Below are positions 8,703 through 17,234 of a stretch of 64,000 bases of DNA, piece by piece; the first letter of the stretch is position 1; every line of letters begins with the position of its first letter. Made by a program: the position numbers and the translations under genes. Source of the DNA: Azospirillum sp. CAG:239 (GTDB lineage Bacteria; Bacillota_I; Bacilli_A; RFN20; CAG-449); the NCBI GenBank assembly GCA_963653535.1, contig CAVJWU010000002.1, positions 15,729 to 79,728 on the forward strand, in the 5' to 3' direction. The notes below the pieces were generated by a model. The model had not been told where the DNA came from, ran no database searches, and saw only the letters and a program-made list of their open reading frames with translations.

Positions 8703-11344
8703 TAATCATCATCAACAAAATCAAATAAGCTAATTTTATCTTTGTCATCATTACTTTCTTCGTTAGTAACATTAGAAGTAGGAATTTCTATTTTTCTTAA
8801 ATCAGATTCATCAATTAACGAAACTTCATCTTCTTCAACTAATGGTTCATATAATTTCGAATCAGAAGAAATTATTTCAACATCGATATTGAAGTAATCA
8901 ACAATATTAAACGCACTTCCTAATTCTAAATTATCACTCTTTAAATAAGAATCTATTGGCGTTAATTTAATGTCTTTAAATTCTATCTTTTTAACTTCTT
9001 GATTTTCATAAAGAACGTATTCAACGCTATCTTCAACTTTCTTACCTACTTTATTAATATAAATAATATTTTGAGGGTCAGATTTAAATGATTTAATTAA
9101 GTTAGTTTTCGCACTTAATCTAGATGTTTTTTCAAGATGAGCAGAATCAATTAATCGAACACCACTTTGTTTAGTTATAACGTGGAAATAAACTTTTTCA
9201 TGTGGTTCAACGCTTATTAATTGAGAAAGATATTTGTTATCTTTATCCATTTTAATCGCTTTAATACCGCCAGCTTTTACACCAACTTTTTTCACTTCAG
9301 ATTCATCAAAATAATTAAATGATCCATTATCGAGAACTACACCTAGACCAGTTTGACCAAAGCAAGCTTTAACGTCTGTTACTTCATCATCATTTAATAA
9401 TTTAAAACATTTTGAAGGTTTATTAAATTTAGAAGTTTCAAATTGGTATAAAGGAGAACGTTTAATTTGTCCTTGTTTACTAATTAGACTAATCGATACT
9501 CCTTTAATAAACTCTCTAACTAAAATACCTTTAATAATCTTTTCTTTTGGTGAAAGAGTTGAAATATCATTAATATGTGAACCTTCTTCTTTCCACTTCA
9601 TATCATCTAATTTATATACTGGTAAACAAATATAATTACCAAAATTAGTAAATAAAAGTAAAGAATCAGTTGTATATGCTTTAACTATACCTTTAATACA
9701 ATCACCTAATTTAATATTAGGTAAGAATTCACTAGATTTAAATGATTTTAAATTACTACGCTTAATATAACCATCGCGCGTAAATGAAATCATACATTCA
9801 TCTTTAGAAATTAAAGCTTTCTTATCAATATCGAATGATGTATCTTGATCTTCAATAAGAGTTCTACGATCATCACCAAATTTATCTTTAACTTTATTTA
9901 AATCGGATTTAATAAGATTATTCATCTTTACAGGTGATTCAAGTAAGCCTTTTAAATATTCAATATTTTTAGTTAATTCATCTTTTTCATTAACTAAAGT
10001 CATAATATCCAAATTAGATAAACGATATAATTGTAAGTTTAAGATTGCTTCAGCTTGAACTTCTGAGAAAGCAAATTGTTTAACTAAATTTACTTTTGCA
10101 TCAGCTTTATCTTTACTTTTCTTAATTAATGCAACAACTTCATCAATAATAGAACAAGCTTTAATTAAGCCTTCAACGATATGAAGTCTATTCTCAGCTT
10201 TTTCTAAATCAAATTTACTTCTTCTTGTTAAGACATCAACTTGATGTTCAATATAGCAATCAATCATTTCCGTTAATGGAGCGACAACTGGGCGATCGTG
10301 GTCAATAACTAAGCAATTAAACTTAATAGTTGAACATAAGACACCTTTCGATAATAAGAAATTTAAAATGTTATTTGGATCAGAATCTTTTTTAATATCT
10401 ATCGCGATTCTTAATCCATCACGGTCCGTTTCATCTCTAACTTCGATAATTGCATCTAATTTATTTGCAAATCGACATTTATCAATATTATTGACTAATT
10501 CAGATTTATCTTTGCCCCAAGGGATTTCTGTAATGATTATTTGATTAACATCTTTTAAGGACGTATTAACTTCTGTTTTACACCATAATTTAAAACTACC
10601 ATTTCCACTTTCATACATTGGAAGTAAGATAGAAGTATCTTTAATAATACCACCGGTTGGAAAATCTGGTCCTTTAATAAATTCCATCAATTCTTTTGTG
10701 CTGCATTTTTTATGTGATATACGATAATTGATCGCATCAATAACTTCTCTTAAATTGTGAGGAGGAATATCAGTAGATGAACCAATCGCAATTCCCTGCG
10801 TACCATTAACTAATAAGTTAGGAAAGCGAGCAGGAAGAACAGTAGGTTCAAATTCTAAATCATCGAAGTTTAGTTGCATATCAACTGTGTTCTTATTTAA
10901 ATCTTGAACCATTAAATCAGATAATTCAGATAATCGAGCTTCAGTATAACGATATGCCGCCGGACCATCACCATCGATTGAACCATTATTACCTTGGAAA
11001 TCAATTAAAGGATAACGCATTTTCCAATCTTGTGACATTCTTACCATCGCTTCATAGACTGAAGTATCGCCATGAGGATGGAATCGACCGATAACGGCAC
11101 CAACTGTACGAGCACATTTTCTAGTTGGTTTACTAGAAACGTTACCTTCTAGAATCATCGTATAAAGGATTCTTCTTTGAACAGGTTTAAGACCATCACG
11201 AACATCAGGAACTGCTCTTTCTTGAAGAACATATTTTGAATAACGACCAAATCCTTCCGACATGACGTCTTCAATATTAGATACTTGAATAAATTCTTCT
11301 TGTCTTAAAGAGGAAGTATCTAATTCAGTTTTTTTCTTAGCCAT
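8702..11344 (-). CDS. parC: DNA topoisomerase IV subunit A
   Basis: 880 aa. GLKPVQRRILY and the AAYRYTEARL active-site Tyr region. No GyrA box (QRRGGKG) in the C-terminal domain. Follows parE with an 8-nt overlap, and plsY is adjacent as in Bacillus. Acidic C-terminal tail. Confidence 0.9.
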   Translation of the reverse strand: MAKKKTELDTSSLRQEEFIQVSNIEDVMSEGFGRYSKYVLQERAVPDVRDGLKPVQRRILYTMILEGNVSSKPTRKCARTVGAVIGRFHPHGDTSVYEAMVRMSQDWKMRYPLIDFQGNNGSIDGDGPAAYRYTEARLSELSDLMVQDLNKNTVDMQLNFDDLEFEPTVLPARFPNLLVNGTQGIAIGSSTDIPPHNLREVIDAINYRISHKKCSTKELMEFIKGPDFPTGGIIKDTSILLPMYESGNGSFKLWCKTEVNTSLKDVNQIIITEIPWGKDKSELVNNIDKCRFANKLDAIIEVRDETDRDGLRIAIDIKKDSDPNNILNFLLSKGVLCSTIKFNCLVIDHDRPVVAPLTEMIDCYIEHQVDVLTRRSKFDLEKAENRLHIVEGLIKACSIIDEVVALIKKSKDKADAKVNLVKQFAFSEVQAEAILNLQLYRLSNLDIMTLVNEKDELTKNIEYLKGLLESPVKMNNLIKSDLNKVKDKFGDDRRTLIEDQDTSFDIDKKALISKDECMISFTRDGYIKRSNLKSFKSSEFLPNIKLGDCIKGIVKAYTTDSLLLFTNFGNYICLPVYKLDDMKWKEEGSHINDISTLSPKEKIIKGILVREFIKGVSISLISKQGQIKRSPLYQFETSKFNKPSKCFKLLNDDEVTDVKACFGQTGLGVVLDNGSFNYFDESEVKKVGVKAGGIKAIKMDKDNKYLSQLISVEPHEKVYFHVITKQSGVRLIDSAHLEKTSRLSAKTNLIKSFKSDPQNIIYINKVGKKVEDSVEYVLYENQEVKKIEFKDIKLTPIDSYLKSDNLELGSAFNIVDYFNIDVEIISSDSKLYEPLVEEDEVSLIDESDLRKIEIPTSNVTNEESNDDKDKISLFDFVDDD

Positions 11345-13298
11345 TATGTTTTACCTCCTCAACAAAGAAATCTCCTTTTGTAGAGAAATCAACATTTTCT
11401 TTAATCCAAGTATTTCTTCCCGATGGGTCTTTACCCATGAATAATTCAACATATTTAGAAGCAACATCAGCGTCATTAATTGTTAATTTAATTAATTTAC
11501 GGTGTTGAGGATCCATTGTTGTAACCCAAAGTTGATCAGCGTTCATTTCACCAAGTCCTTTATAACGGGAAATTGTATATCCTCCCCCAACTTTTTTCTT
11601 TGCTTCTTCTAGTTCTGTTTGATTCCAAGCATATTCTTCAACGACCTTTTTACCAGTCATTTTCATTACACGGTATAAAGGAGGACAAGCAACATAAACA
11701 TGACCTAATTCAATTAAAGGTCTCATTTTCTTATAGAAGAAATTAATTAATAAATTTTGAATGTGGGCTCCATCAGTATCAGCATCGGTCATAATAATAA
11801 CTTTATCGTAACGTAAATTTCTAATATTAAAATCTTTACCAGTACCAGTACCAATTGTATAAGCGAGCGTTGATAATTCTTCATTCTTCATAAAGGCATC
11901 TTCAGCATCATTAGAAATATTCTTTGGTTTACCTCTTAAAGGTAATAAACCTTGGAAAGATCTATTACGACATTTCTTCGCGTTACCTCCAGCAGAATCA
12001 CCTTCGACGATAAATAATTCATTCTTACGGTAATCTTTCGATTGAGGAGGAACTAGTTTACCTGATAACATCAAAGTATTTTTTTCATTATCTTTTGGAG
12101 AAAGTTTTCTTACTTCATCTTTTGCGCTTCGCGCGGCAAGTCTAGCTTTTTGTGCTTCAAAGATTTTATTGACAATCTTAGTCGCATATTCCTTATTTTC
12201 AATTAAGTATCTAGTCATATTAGTATAGACTAAATTATCAACTGCAGTTGCCGCATCTGGCGTACCTAATTTTTCCTTAGTTTGTCCTTCAAATTGAATT
12301 TTTTCTTCAGGAATTCTTACCGAAACTACGCAGGAAAGACCTTCTCTAATATCATTTCCATCAAGTTTTGCATCACCTTTAAGAAGCTTATTACGATCAA
12401 TATATTCATTAAATGCTTTAGTTAAGCCAGAACGATAACCACGAACGTGAGAACCTTCCATCGTAGTAAAAATGGAGTTAGCGAAAGAATATACTTTTTC
12501 TTCATATGAATCAGATAAAAATTGGAAAGCAAATTCTACTTTAATATCTTTAGTATTATCAACAAAATAACCGATAGGATGAAGGGAAGATTTACCTTGA
12601 TTCTTTTTATCTAAGTATTCAACAATACCATCTTTATAGAAGAATTCAACTTTTTTATCTTTCACTCTCTCATCAATTAAAACGAAACGAACATTAGGAC
12701 ATTGACAAGCGCAGTTATTTAATCTTTCTTCAATTAAATCAAATTTAAATTCTGGTTCAGGTAAAGCCTTTTTATCAGGCTTAAAAGTAATTGTTGATCC
12801 TCTTTTAGTTGTTGGACCAACTTCTTTTGTACCTAAACGTTTATTTCCACCTTCACGATATTCTGCATAATATTCTTTTCCATCACGATAAACATTTACT
12901 TTTACCCATTCAGAAAGAGCGTTAACGCAAGCAGCTCCAACACCATGTAAACCTGCCGCGGATTTATAGTTAGATGAATCGAATTTACCTCCCCCATGAA
13001 GAGTACAGAAGACGATATCAAGTCCATCCATTTTTTCTTTTTCATTATAATCACATGGAATACCTCTACCTTCATCAGAAATAGAAATAGAACCATCATT
13101 ATGTATAATTACGCTAATCTTTTTGCCATAGCCTGCAATAGCTTCATCAATTGAATTATCAATAATTTCCCACACTAAGTGATGTGTACCTCTCCAGTCA
13201 GTAGAGCCGATATACATACCTGGTCTTTTTTTTACAGGATCAAGTCCTTTTAAAATTTTTAAAGATGAAGCAGAATAAGAATTTTTATTTTCACTCAT
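11337..13298 (-). CDS. parE: DNA topoisomerase IV subunit B
   Basis: 653 aa. GHKL ATPase N-terminus (GLDPVKKRPGMYIGST, LHGVGA), Toprim EGDSAGG, and PLRGK/IMTDADTDGAHI motifs. Confidence 0.92.
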   Translation of the reverse strand: MSENKNSYSASSLKILKGLDPVKKRPGMYIGSTDWRGTHHLVWEIIDNSIDEAIAGYGKKISVIIHNDGSISISDEGRGIPCDYNEKEKMDGLDIVFCTLHGGGKFDSSNYKSAAGLHGVGAACVNALSEWVKVNVYRDGKEYYAEYREGGNKRLGTKEVGPTTKRGSTITFKPDKKALPEPEFKFDLIEERLNNCACQCPNVRFVLIDERVKDKKVEFFYKDGIVEYLDKKNQGKSSLHPIGYFVDNTKDIKVEFAFQFLSDSYEEKVYSFANSIFTTMEGSHVRGYRSGLTKAFNEYIDRNKLLKGDAKLDGNDIREGLSCVVSVRIPEEKIQFEGQTKEKLGTPDAATAVDNLVYTNMTRYLIENKEYATKIVNKIFEAQKARLAARSAKDEVRKLSPKDNEKNTLMLSGKLVPPQSKDYRKNELFIVEGDSAGGNAKKCRNRSFQGLLPLRGKPKNISNDAEDAFMKNEELSTLAYTIGTGTGKDFNIRNLRYDKVIIMTDADTDGAHIQNLLINFFYKKMRPLIELGHVYVACPPLYRVMKMTGKKVVEEYAWNQTELEEAKKKVGGGYTISRYKGLGEMNADQLWVTTMDPQHRKLIKLTINDADVASKYVELFMGKDPSGRNTWIKENVDFSTKGDFFVEEVKHNG

Positions 13299-13392
13299 AA
13301 TCTAGCTCCTTTATCATTTGGATTATATCAAAAAATACTTTAACTTTCTATAATAATAAGTTATTATAATTGTGATTTTGGAGAAAAAAATT

Positions 13393-14097
13393 ATGATTGG
13401 ATATGTAATATTAATTCTATTCTATTGTCTATTAATTGGATATTTATTCGGTTCAATTTCAAATGGAATTATTCTTTCTAAAAAACTATATAATAAAGAT
13501 GTACGTGAATATGGTTCACATAATTCCGGCGGAACGAATATGGGTCGAGTCTTTGGCTTAAAAGCTGGATTAATTACTATCGTTCTAGATATGGCGAAAA
13601 CAATTATTCCTTTCTATGCCTGTTATTTAATTATTAAATTCACACCTCTATCTTCAATTATGGAACTTCCATTTGATTTAGCGACAATCTCTGCTTTAAC
13701 ATGTGGACTAGGAGGAGTACTTGGACATTGTTTTCCTATCTTTTATCACTTTAAAGGTGGTAAAGCTGTCTCATGTATGGCAGGAATTATTATCGCTTCA
13801 TCATGGGCATTATTAATTATTGGAATTATTATTTTCTTTAGTATATTCTTAACTACTCATAAAGTTTCTTTAAGTAGTATATGTGCTTCAATAGGAACTG
13901 CCTTAAGTTCAATTGCATTAATCTATTTACCATCATGGTTAATGAATGCACATTTAGAAGCTAGTTATTTCTTTACTGGATTTATGTTAGTTTATGCAAC
14001 TATATTAATTATTAGACATCGAACAAATATCCAAAGATTATTAAGTGGTACAGAAAAAGAAATATATTTAACAAAGAAGAAGAAAAATAACGCTTAA
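13393..14097 (+). CDS. plsY: Glycerol-3-phosphate acyltransferase PlsY
   Basis: Polytopic membrane protein with SHNSGGTN and HCFPIF..FKGGKAV motifs. I prefer ATG 13393 (GGAGA RBS 8 nt upstream) over the GTG at 13372 given in the ORF track. Confidence 0.9.
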   Translation: MIGYVILILFYCLLIGYLFGSISNGIILSKKLYNKDVREYGSHNSGGTNMGRVFGLKAGLITIVLDMAKTIIPFYACYLIIKFTPLSSIMELPFDLATISALTCGLGGVLGHCFPIFYHFKGGKAVSCMAGIIIASSWALLIIGIIIFFSIFLTTHKVSLSSICASIGTALSSIALIYLPSWLMNAHLEASYFFTGFMLVYATILIIRHRTNIQRLLSGTEKEIYLTKKKKNNA

Positions 14098-14112
14098 AAG
14101 CGTTATTTTTTT
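14087..14112 (+). terminator. Rho-independent terminator after plsY
   Basis: ATAACGCTT / AAGCGTTAT inverted repeat (14087-14106) followed by a T-run. Confidence 0.75.
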
Positions 14113-14138
14113 GTAAAAAAAATAAGCTTTTTTCAAGC

Positions 14139-14381
14139 TTATTTATATTGATTCATATTTTTCATGACTTGTTTAATTTGAGCTTCTGAAGGTTTTCTAC
14201 CCATAGACAAAAACATCGCTCTAATCATTTTTTCATTAATTGGAGGATTCTTTTTTAATTGTCTAGTCATTAATGCTCTAGCACCGAAATAACCGCCGAC
14301 AAGACCAGCGACTAAACCGATAGCGAGATACATAACTGAATCCCAACCAAAACTCATTAAAATATTTATATTACTTAACAT
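14139..14381 (-). CDS. UPF0154 (YneF) family small membrane protein
   Basis: 80 aa. One N-terminal TM helix followed by NPPINEKMIRAMFLSMGRKPSEAQI, the YneF family signature. A hairpin AATAAGCTT/AAGCTTATT (14121-14143) overlapping the stop acts as its terminator. Confidence 0.8.
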   Translation of the reverse strand: MLSNINILMSFGWDSVMYLAIGLVAGLVGGYFGARALMTRQLKKNPPINEKMIRAMFLSMGRKPSEAQIKQVMKNMNQYK

Positions 14382-14495
14382 ATGTTCACCTCGTATAAAT
14401 AATAAATGATTTAAACTTATTATTCAAGAATAATAAAATAAATCAAAGTTAATCAATAGTTAAAATAAAAGTGGGTTTCCCCACTTAAAAATTAA

Positions 14496-15053
14496 CTAAG
14501 CTCTTGAATCGTAAGAACCATCACTTGTCATAACAATGATCTTTTGACCATTTTCAACGAATAATGGAACTCTAACTTTTAAACCTGTTTCAGTCATTGC
14601 ATCTTTCATAGCTTTGTTGACTGTATCACCACGTGTTGCAGGTTCGCATTCTGTAATTAATAAAGTTACTTTTGCAGGTAATTCAATACCCATAATTTCT
14701 CCTTCGTAGAATGTCATTGCGACAACACTTTCAGGAACTAAGAAATTCTTTTCCCATTCTAATCTTTCATGTGGGACTGAAACTTGTTCATATGTTTCAA
14801 TATCCATGAAGACATAGCCTGTGCCATCATCATAAAGATATTGCATTTGTTTCTTATCGAGTCTTAAAATTTCAACTTTATCACCGCCGATAAAAGATAA
14901 TTCTAATACTGCTCCTGTTCTAACATTTTTTGATTTGATTTTGACTTTCATTTTAGCCATTGCTGTTTTGTTTAAGTCAATATCGATACATGTGTAAATT
15001 TGACCTTCGTATTCAAATGTATTACCAGGTCTTACTTCTGTACAGTTTACCAT
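14496..15053 (-). CDS. efp: Translation elongation factor P (Mollicutes-type loop)
   Basis: 185 aa. Collinear without gaps with Bacillus EF-P (RTGA..., MQYLY, FMD..TYEQ, GDT, VPLFV..G, DGSY.SRA). The loop normally reading KPGKG reads KTAMAK here. Confidence 0.92.
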   Translation of the reverse strand: MVNCTEVRPGNTFEYEGQIYTCIDIDLNKTAMAKMKVKIKSKNVRTGAVLELSFIGGDKVEILRLDKKQMQYLYDDGTGYVFMDIETYEQVSVPHERLEWEKNFLVPESVVAMTFYEGEIMGIELPAKVTLLITECEPATRGDTVNKAMKDAMTETGLKVRVPLFVENGQKIIVMTSDGSYDSRA

Positions 15054-15148
15054 AAATTCCTCCTATAAAACCTAAAATATTTTACTATATATCAAAATAA
15101 AAATAAATTAAAAATTAACTTTACTTTTAAAATTGTGTAAATAAATAC

Positions 15149-15796
15149 TTAAATTTTCTTTAAATACATGTTCACTTTTAATAATTTTTCATAAGTGAAA
15201 GCTTCTCCATGACCAAATAAGCAAGTTGTTTCACTTGGGAAATCGTGTTCTTTAACTTTCTTTAACGAAGAAAATAATTCACTTTCACTGGCAGTTGGTA
15301 AATCATATCGACCAATTGATTCACATAATATAGTGTCACCAGTAAAAAGAAGATTATCTTCTTTAAAATAAAACATACATCCACCAAAAGTATGTCCAGG
15401 GGTATGAATAACTTCAAAGTTAATATTTTCTAGCGTTACTTCTCCTTCTTCTAATGGAAGAATTTCACAATTAGGAATGTAATTTTTATATTGAGGTGGA
15501 CAATCAAAGCGTGAAGAAGAACAATTCTTATTTGGATTCATAATTAAAGGAATCTCTTCTTTATAGGCATATACCTTAACTAACGGAAAATCGTTAATTA
15601 TTTCATTAATTCCTGAAATATGATCATAATGACCATGTGTTAATAATATAAAAGAAATTCCTCCAATAGAAAGAATATAATCTTTTACTTTTTTTGAATA
15701 AAATCCTGGATCAACAATAAAATTAGTATTATTAATTGAAACGATATATTCATTACAAGAAAACATCTCTTGACAAACAAATTTCTTAACTTTCAT
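15149..15796 (-). CDS. MBL-fold metallo-hydrolase (YqgX/hydroxyacylglutathione hydrolase-like)
   Basis: 215 aa with the THGHYDH (HxHxDH) motif and downstream HTPGHT and GD..L/GR motifs. Confidence 0.8.
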   Translation of the reverse strand: MKVKKFVCQEMFSCNEYIVSINNTNFIVDPGFYSKKVKDYILSIGGISFILLTHGHYDHISGINEIINDFPLVKVYAYKEEIPLIMNPNKNCSSSRFDCPPQYKNYIPNCEILPLEEGEVTLENINFEVIHTPGHTFGGCMFYFKEDNLLFTGDTILCESIGRYDLPTASESELFSSLKKVKEHDFPSETTCLFGHGEAFTYEKLLKVNMYLKKI

Positions 15797-15810
15797 CTTA
15801 TTTTCTCCTA

Positions 15811-15837
15811 AAAAGAAAAAAAGAGCTTTTTAGCTCT
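15811..15837 (-). terminator. Terminator-like hairpin after rpmG, abutting the RBS of the MBL hydrolase gene
   Basis: AGAGCT (15822-15827) / AGCTCT (15832-15837): 6-bp stem, 4-nt loop. Followed on the minus strand by TTTTTTCTTTT, then TAGGAGAAAATAAG-ATG. Confidence 0.6.
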
Positions 15838-15843
15838 AATTTC

Positions 15844-15996
15844 TTACTTCTTTTCTTTATGATTTGTCATCTTATTGCATTTTTTGCAATATTTTTTGAT
15901 TTCAAATTTTTCTGGGTGATTTCTTTTATTTTTAGTTGTAATGTAGTTTTCATCACCGCATTCTGTACATTTTAAGATAATATCTTCACGTGGCAT
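15844..15996 (-). CDS. rpmG: 50S ribosomal protein L33
   Basis: Below the ORF-track size cutoff. Manual translation gives [50 protein letters not shown] (50 aa), the L33 pattern with CxxC...CxxC. GGAGGTGG RBS at 16003-16010. Confidence 0.9.
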   Translation of the reverse strand: MPREDIILKCTECGDENYITTKNKRNHPEKFEIKKYCKKCNKMTNHKEKK

Positions 15997-16123
15997 AGTT
16001 TTCCACCTCCATTTGTTACCTATGTAAGTTTACCATAGTCAAAATTAAAATACTACAATTATTTTTTAAAATAATAATTTTATTATCATTCTATTTATTG
16101 TAGAATTATCTTGAGGTATTTAT

Positions 16124-17185
16124 ATGTTAAGAAATGAAACAAATATAGTTAAAATTAAAAATATTGAAATGGGTGGAGATAATAAAATTCTCATTCAATC
16201 GATGTGCAACATTAAAACAGAAAAGGTTAATGAAGTAGTTAATCAAATACATCAATTAGAAAAAGCAGGATGTGATTTAATTAGAGTTTCTGTCTTAGAT
16301 GAAAATGATGCTTACGCGATTAAAGATATTGTTAAACAAATTAATATTCCTCTAATCGCAGATATACATTTCTCTAAGAAATTAGCTTTACTCGCGATTG
16401 AAAATGGGGCGAGTAAAATTAGATTAAATCCTGGAAATATTAAAAATGAAGATGATGTAGTTGAAATCATTGAACTCGCTAAAAAGAACAATGTTGCGAT
16501 TAGAATCGGCGTTAATTCCGGCTCAGTTCCAAAGGAAATCATTCAATCTAACGATTTAAAAATGTCATCAAAAATCATGTTAGATTTATTAGATAATTAT
16601 ATTAAAATCTTTGAAAAACATGATTTCCATAATTTAGTTCTCGCATTAAAATCTTCTTCTCCATTAATTACATTAGAATGTTATAGACAAGCAGCGAGAA
16701 GATATAAATATCCATTACATATCGGAGTAACTGAATCATCAATTAAAGATATCGGTTTAATTAGATCGACAATTGCTTTAGCTCCATTACTTATGGAAGG
16801 AATTGGAAATACAATTAGAATTTCTCTTTCTGATGATCCAGTCGAAGAAATTTATGCTGCAAAGAGATTACTTCACGATTTAGGTTTATATAAAGATTAT
16901 TACACTTTAATTTCTTGTCCAATGTGTGGAAGAACTACTGCAGATACAAAAGACATCGCCACAAAAGTAATGTCTTTATTAGAACAATATAAACTCAATA
17001 TCACTGTTGCATGCATGGGATGTGTCGTTAATGGAATTGGCGAAGGTATGCAAGCAGATTTAGGTATTGCCTGTGCAAAACTAAATACATATGTCATCTT
17101 TAAAAAAGGCGAAGTAGTTGAAAGCGTAAATTCCGAAGAATTATTCCCTCATTTTGAAGAACATTTAAAATCATTTATTAAGTAG
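16124..17185 (+). CDS. ispG: 4-hydroxy-3-methylbut-2-en-1-yl diphosphate synthase (MEP pathway)
   Basis: 353 aa. IQSMCN, RVSV, RINPGN and C-terminal SCPMCGRT...ACMGCVVNGIGEG Fe-S cluster Cys motifs. Confidence 0.93.
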   Translation: MLRNETNIVKIKNIEMGGDNKILIQSMCNIKTEKVNEVVNQIHQLEKAGCDLIRVSVLDENDAYAIKDIVKQINIPLIADIHFSKKLALLAIENGASKIRLNPGNIKNEDDVVEIIELAKKNNVAIRIGVNSGSVPKEIIQSNDLKMSSKIMLDLLDNYIKIFEKHDFHNLVLALKSSSPLITLECYRQAARRYKYPLHIGVTESSIKDIGLIRSTIALAPLLMEGIGNTIRISLSDDPVEEIYAAKRLLHDLGLYKDYYTLISCPMCGRTTADTKDIATKVMSLLEQYKLNITVACMGCVVNGIGEGMQADLGIACAKLNTYVIFKKGEVVESVNSEELFPHFEEHLKSFIK

Positions 17186-17207
17186 TCAATAGACTACTTT
17201 TTATTTT
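17181..17207 (+). terminator. Rho-independent terminator after ispG
   Basis: AGTAGTC (17181-17187) / GACTACT (17192-17198) followed by TTTTATTTTT. Confidence 0.75.
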
Positions 17208-17234
17208 TCAAAAATAAAAGACTCTTTCGAGTCT
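17208..17234 (-). terminator. Rho-independent terminator after the DEAD-box helicase gene
   Basis: AGACTC (17219-17224) / GAGTCT (17229-17234), loop TTTC. Followed on the minus strand by TTTATTTTTG. Confidence 0.7.
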
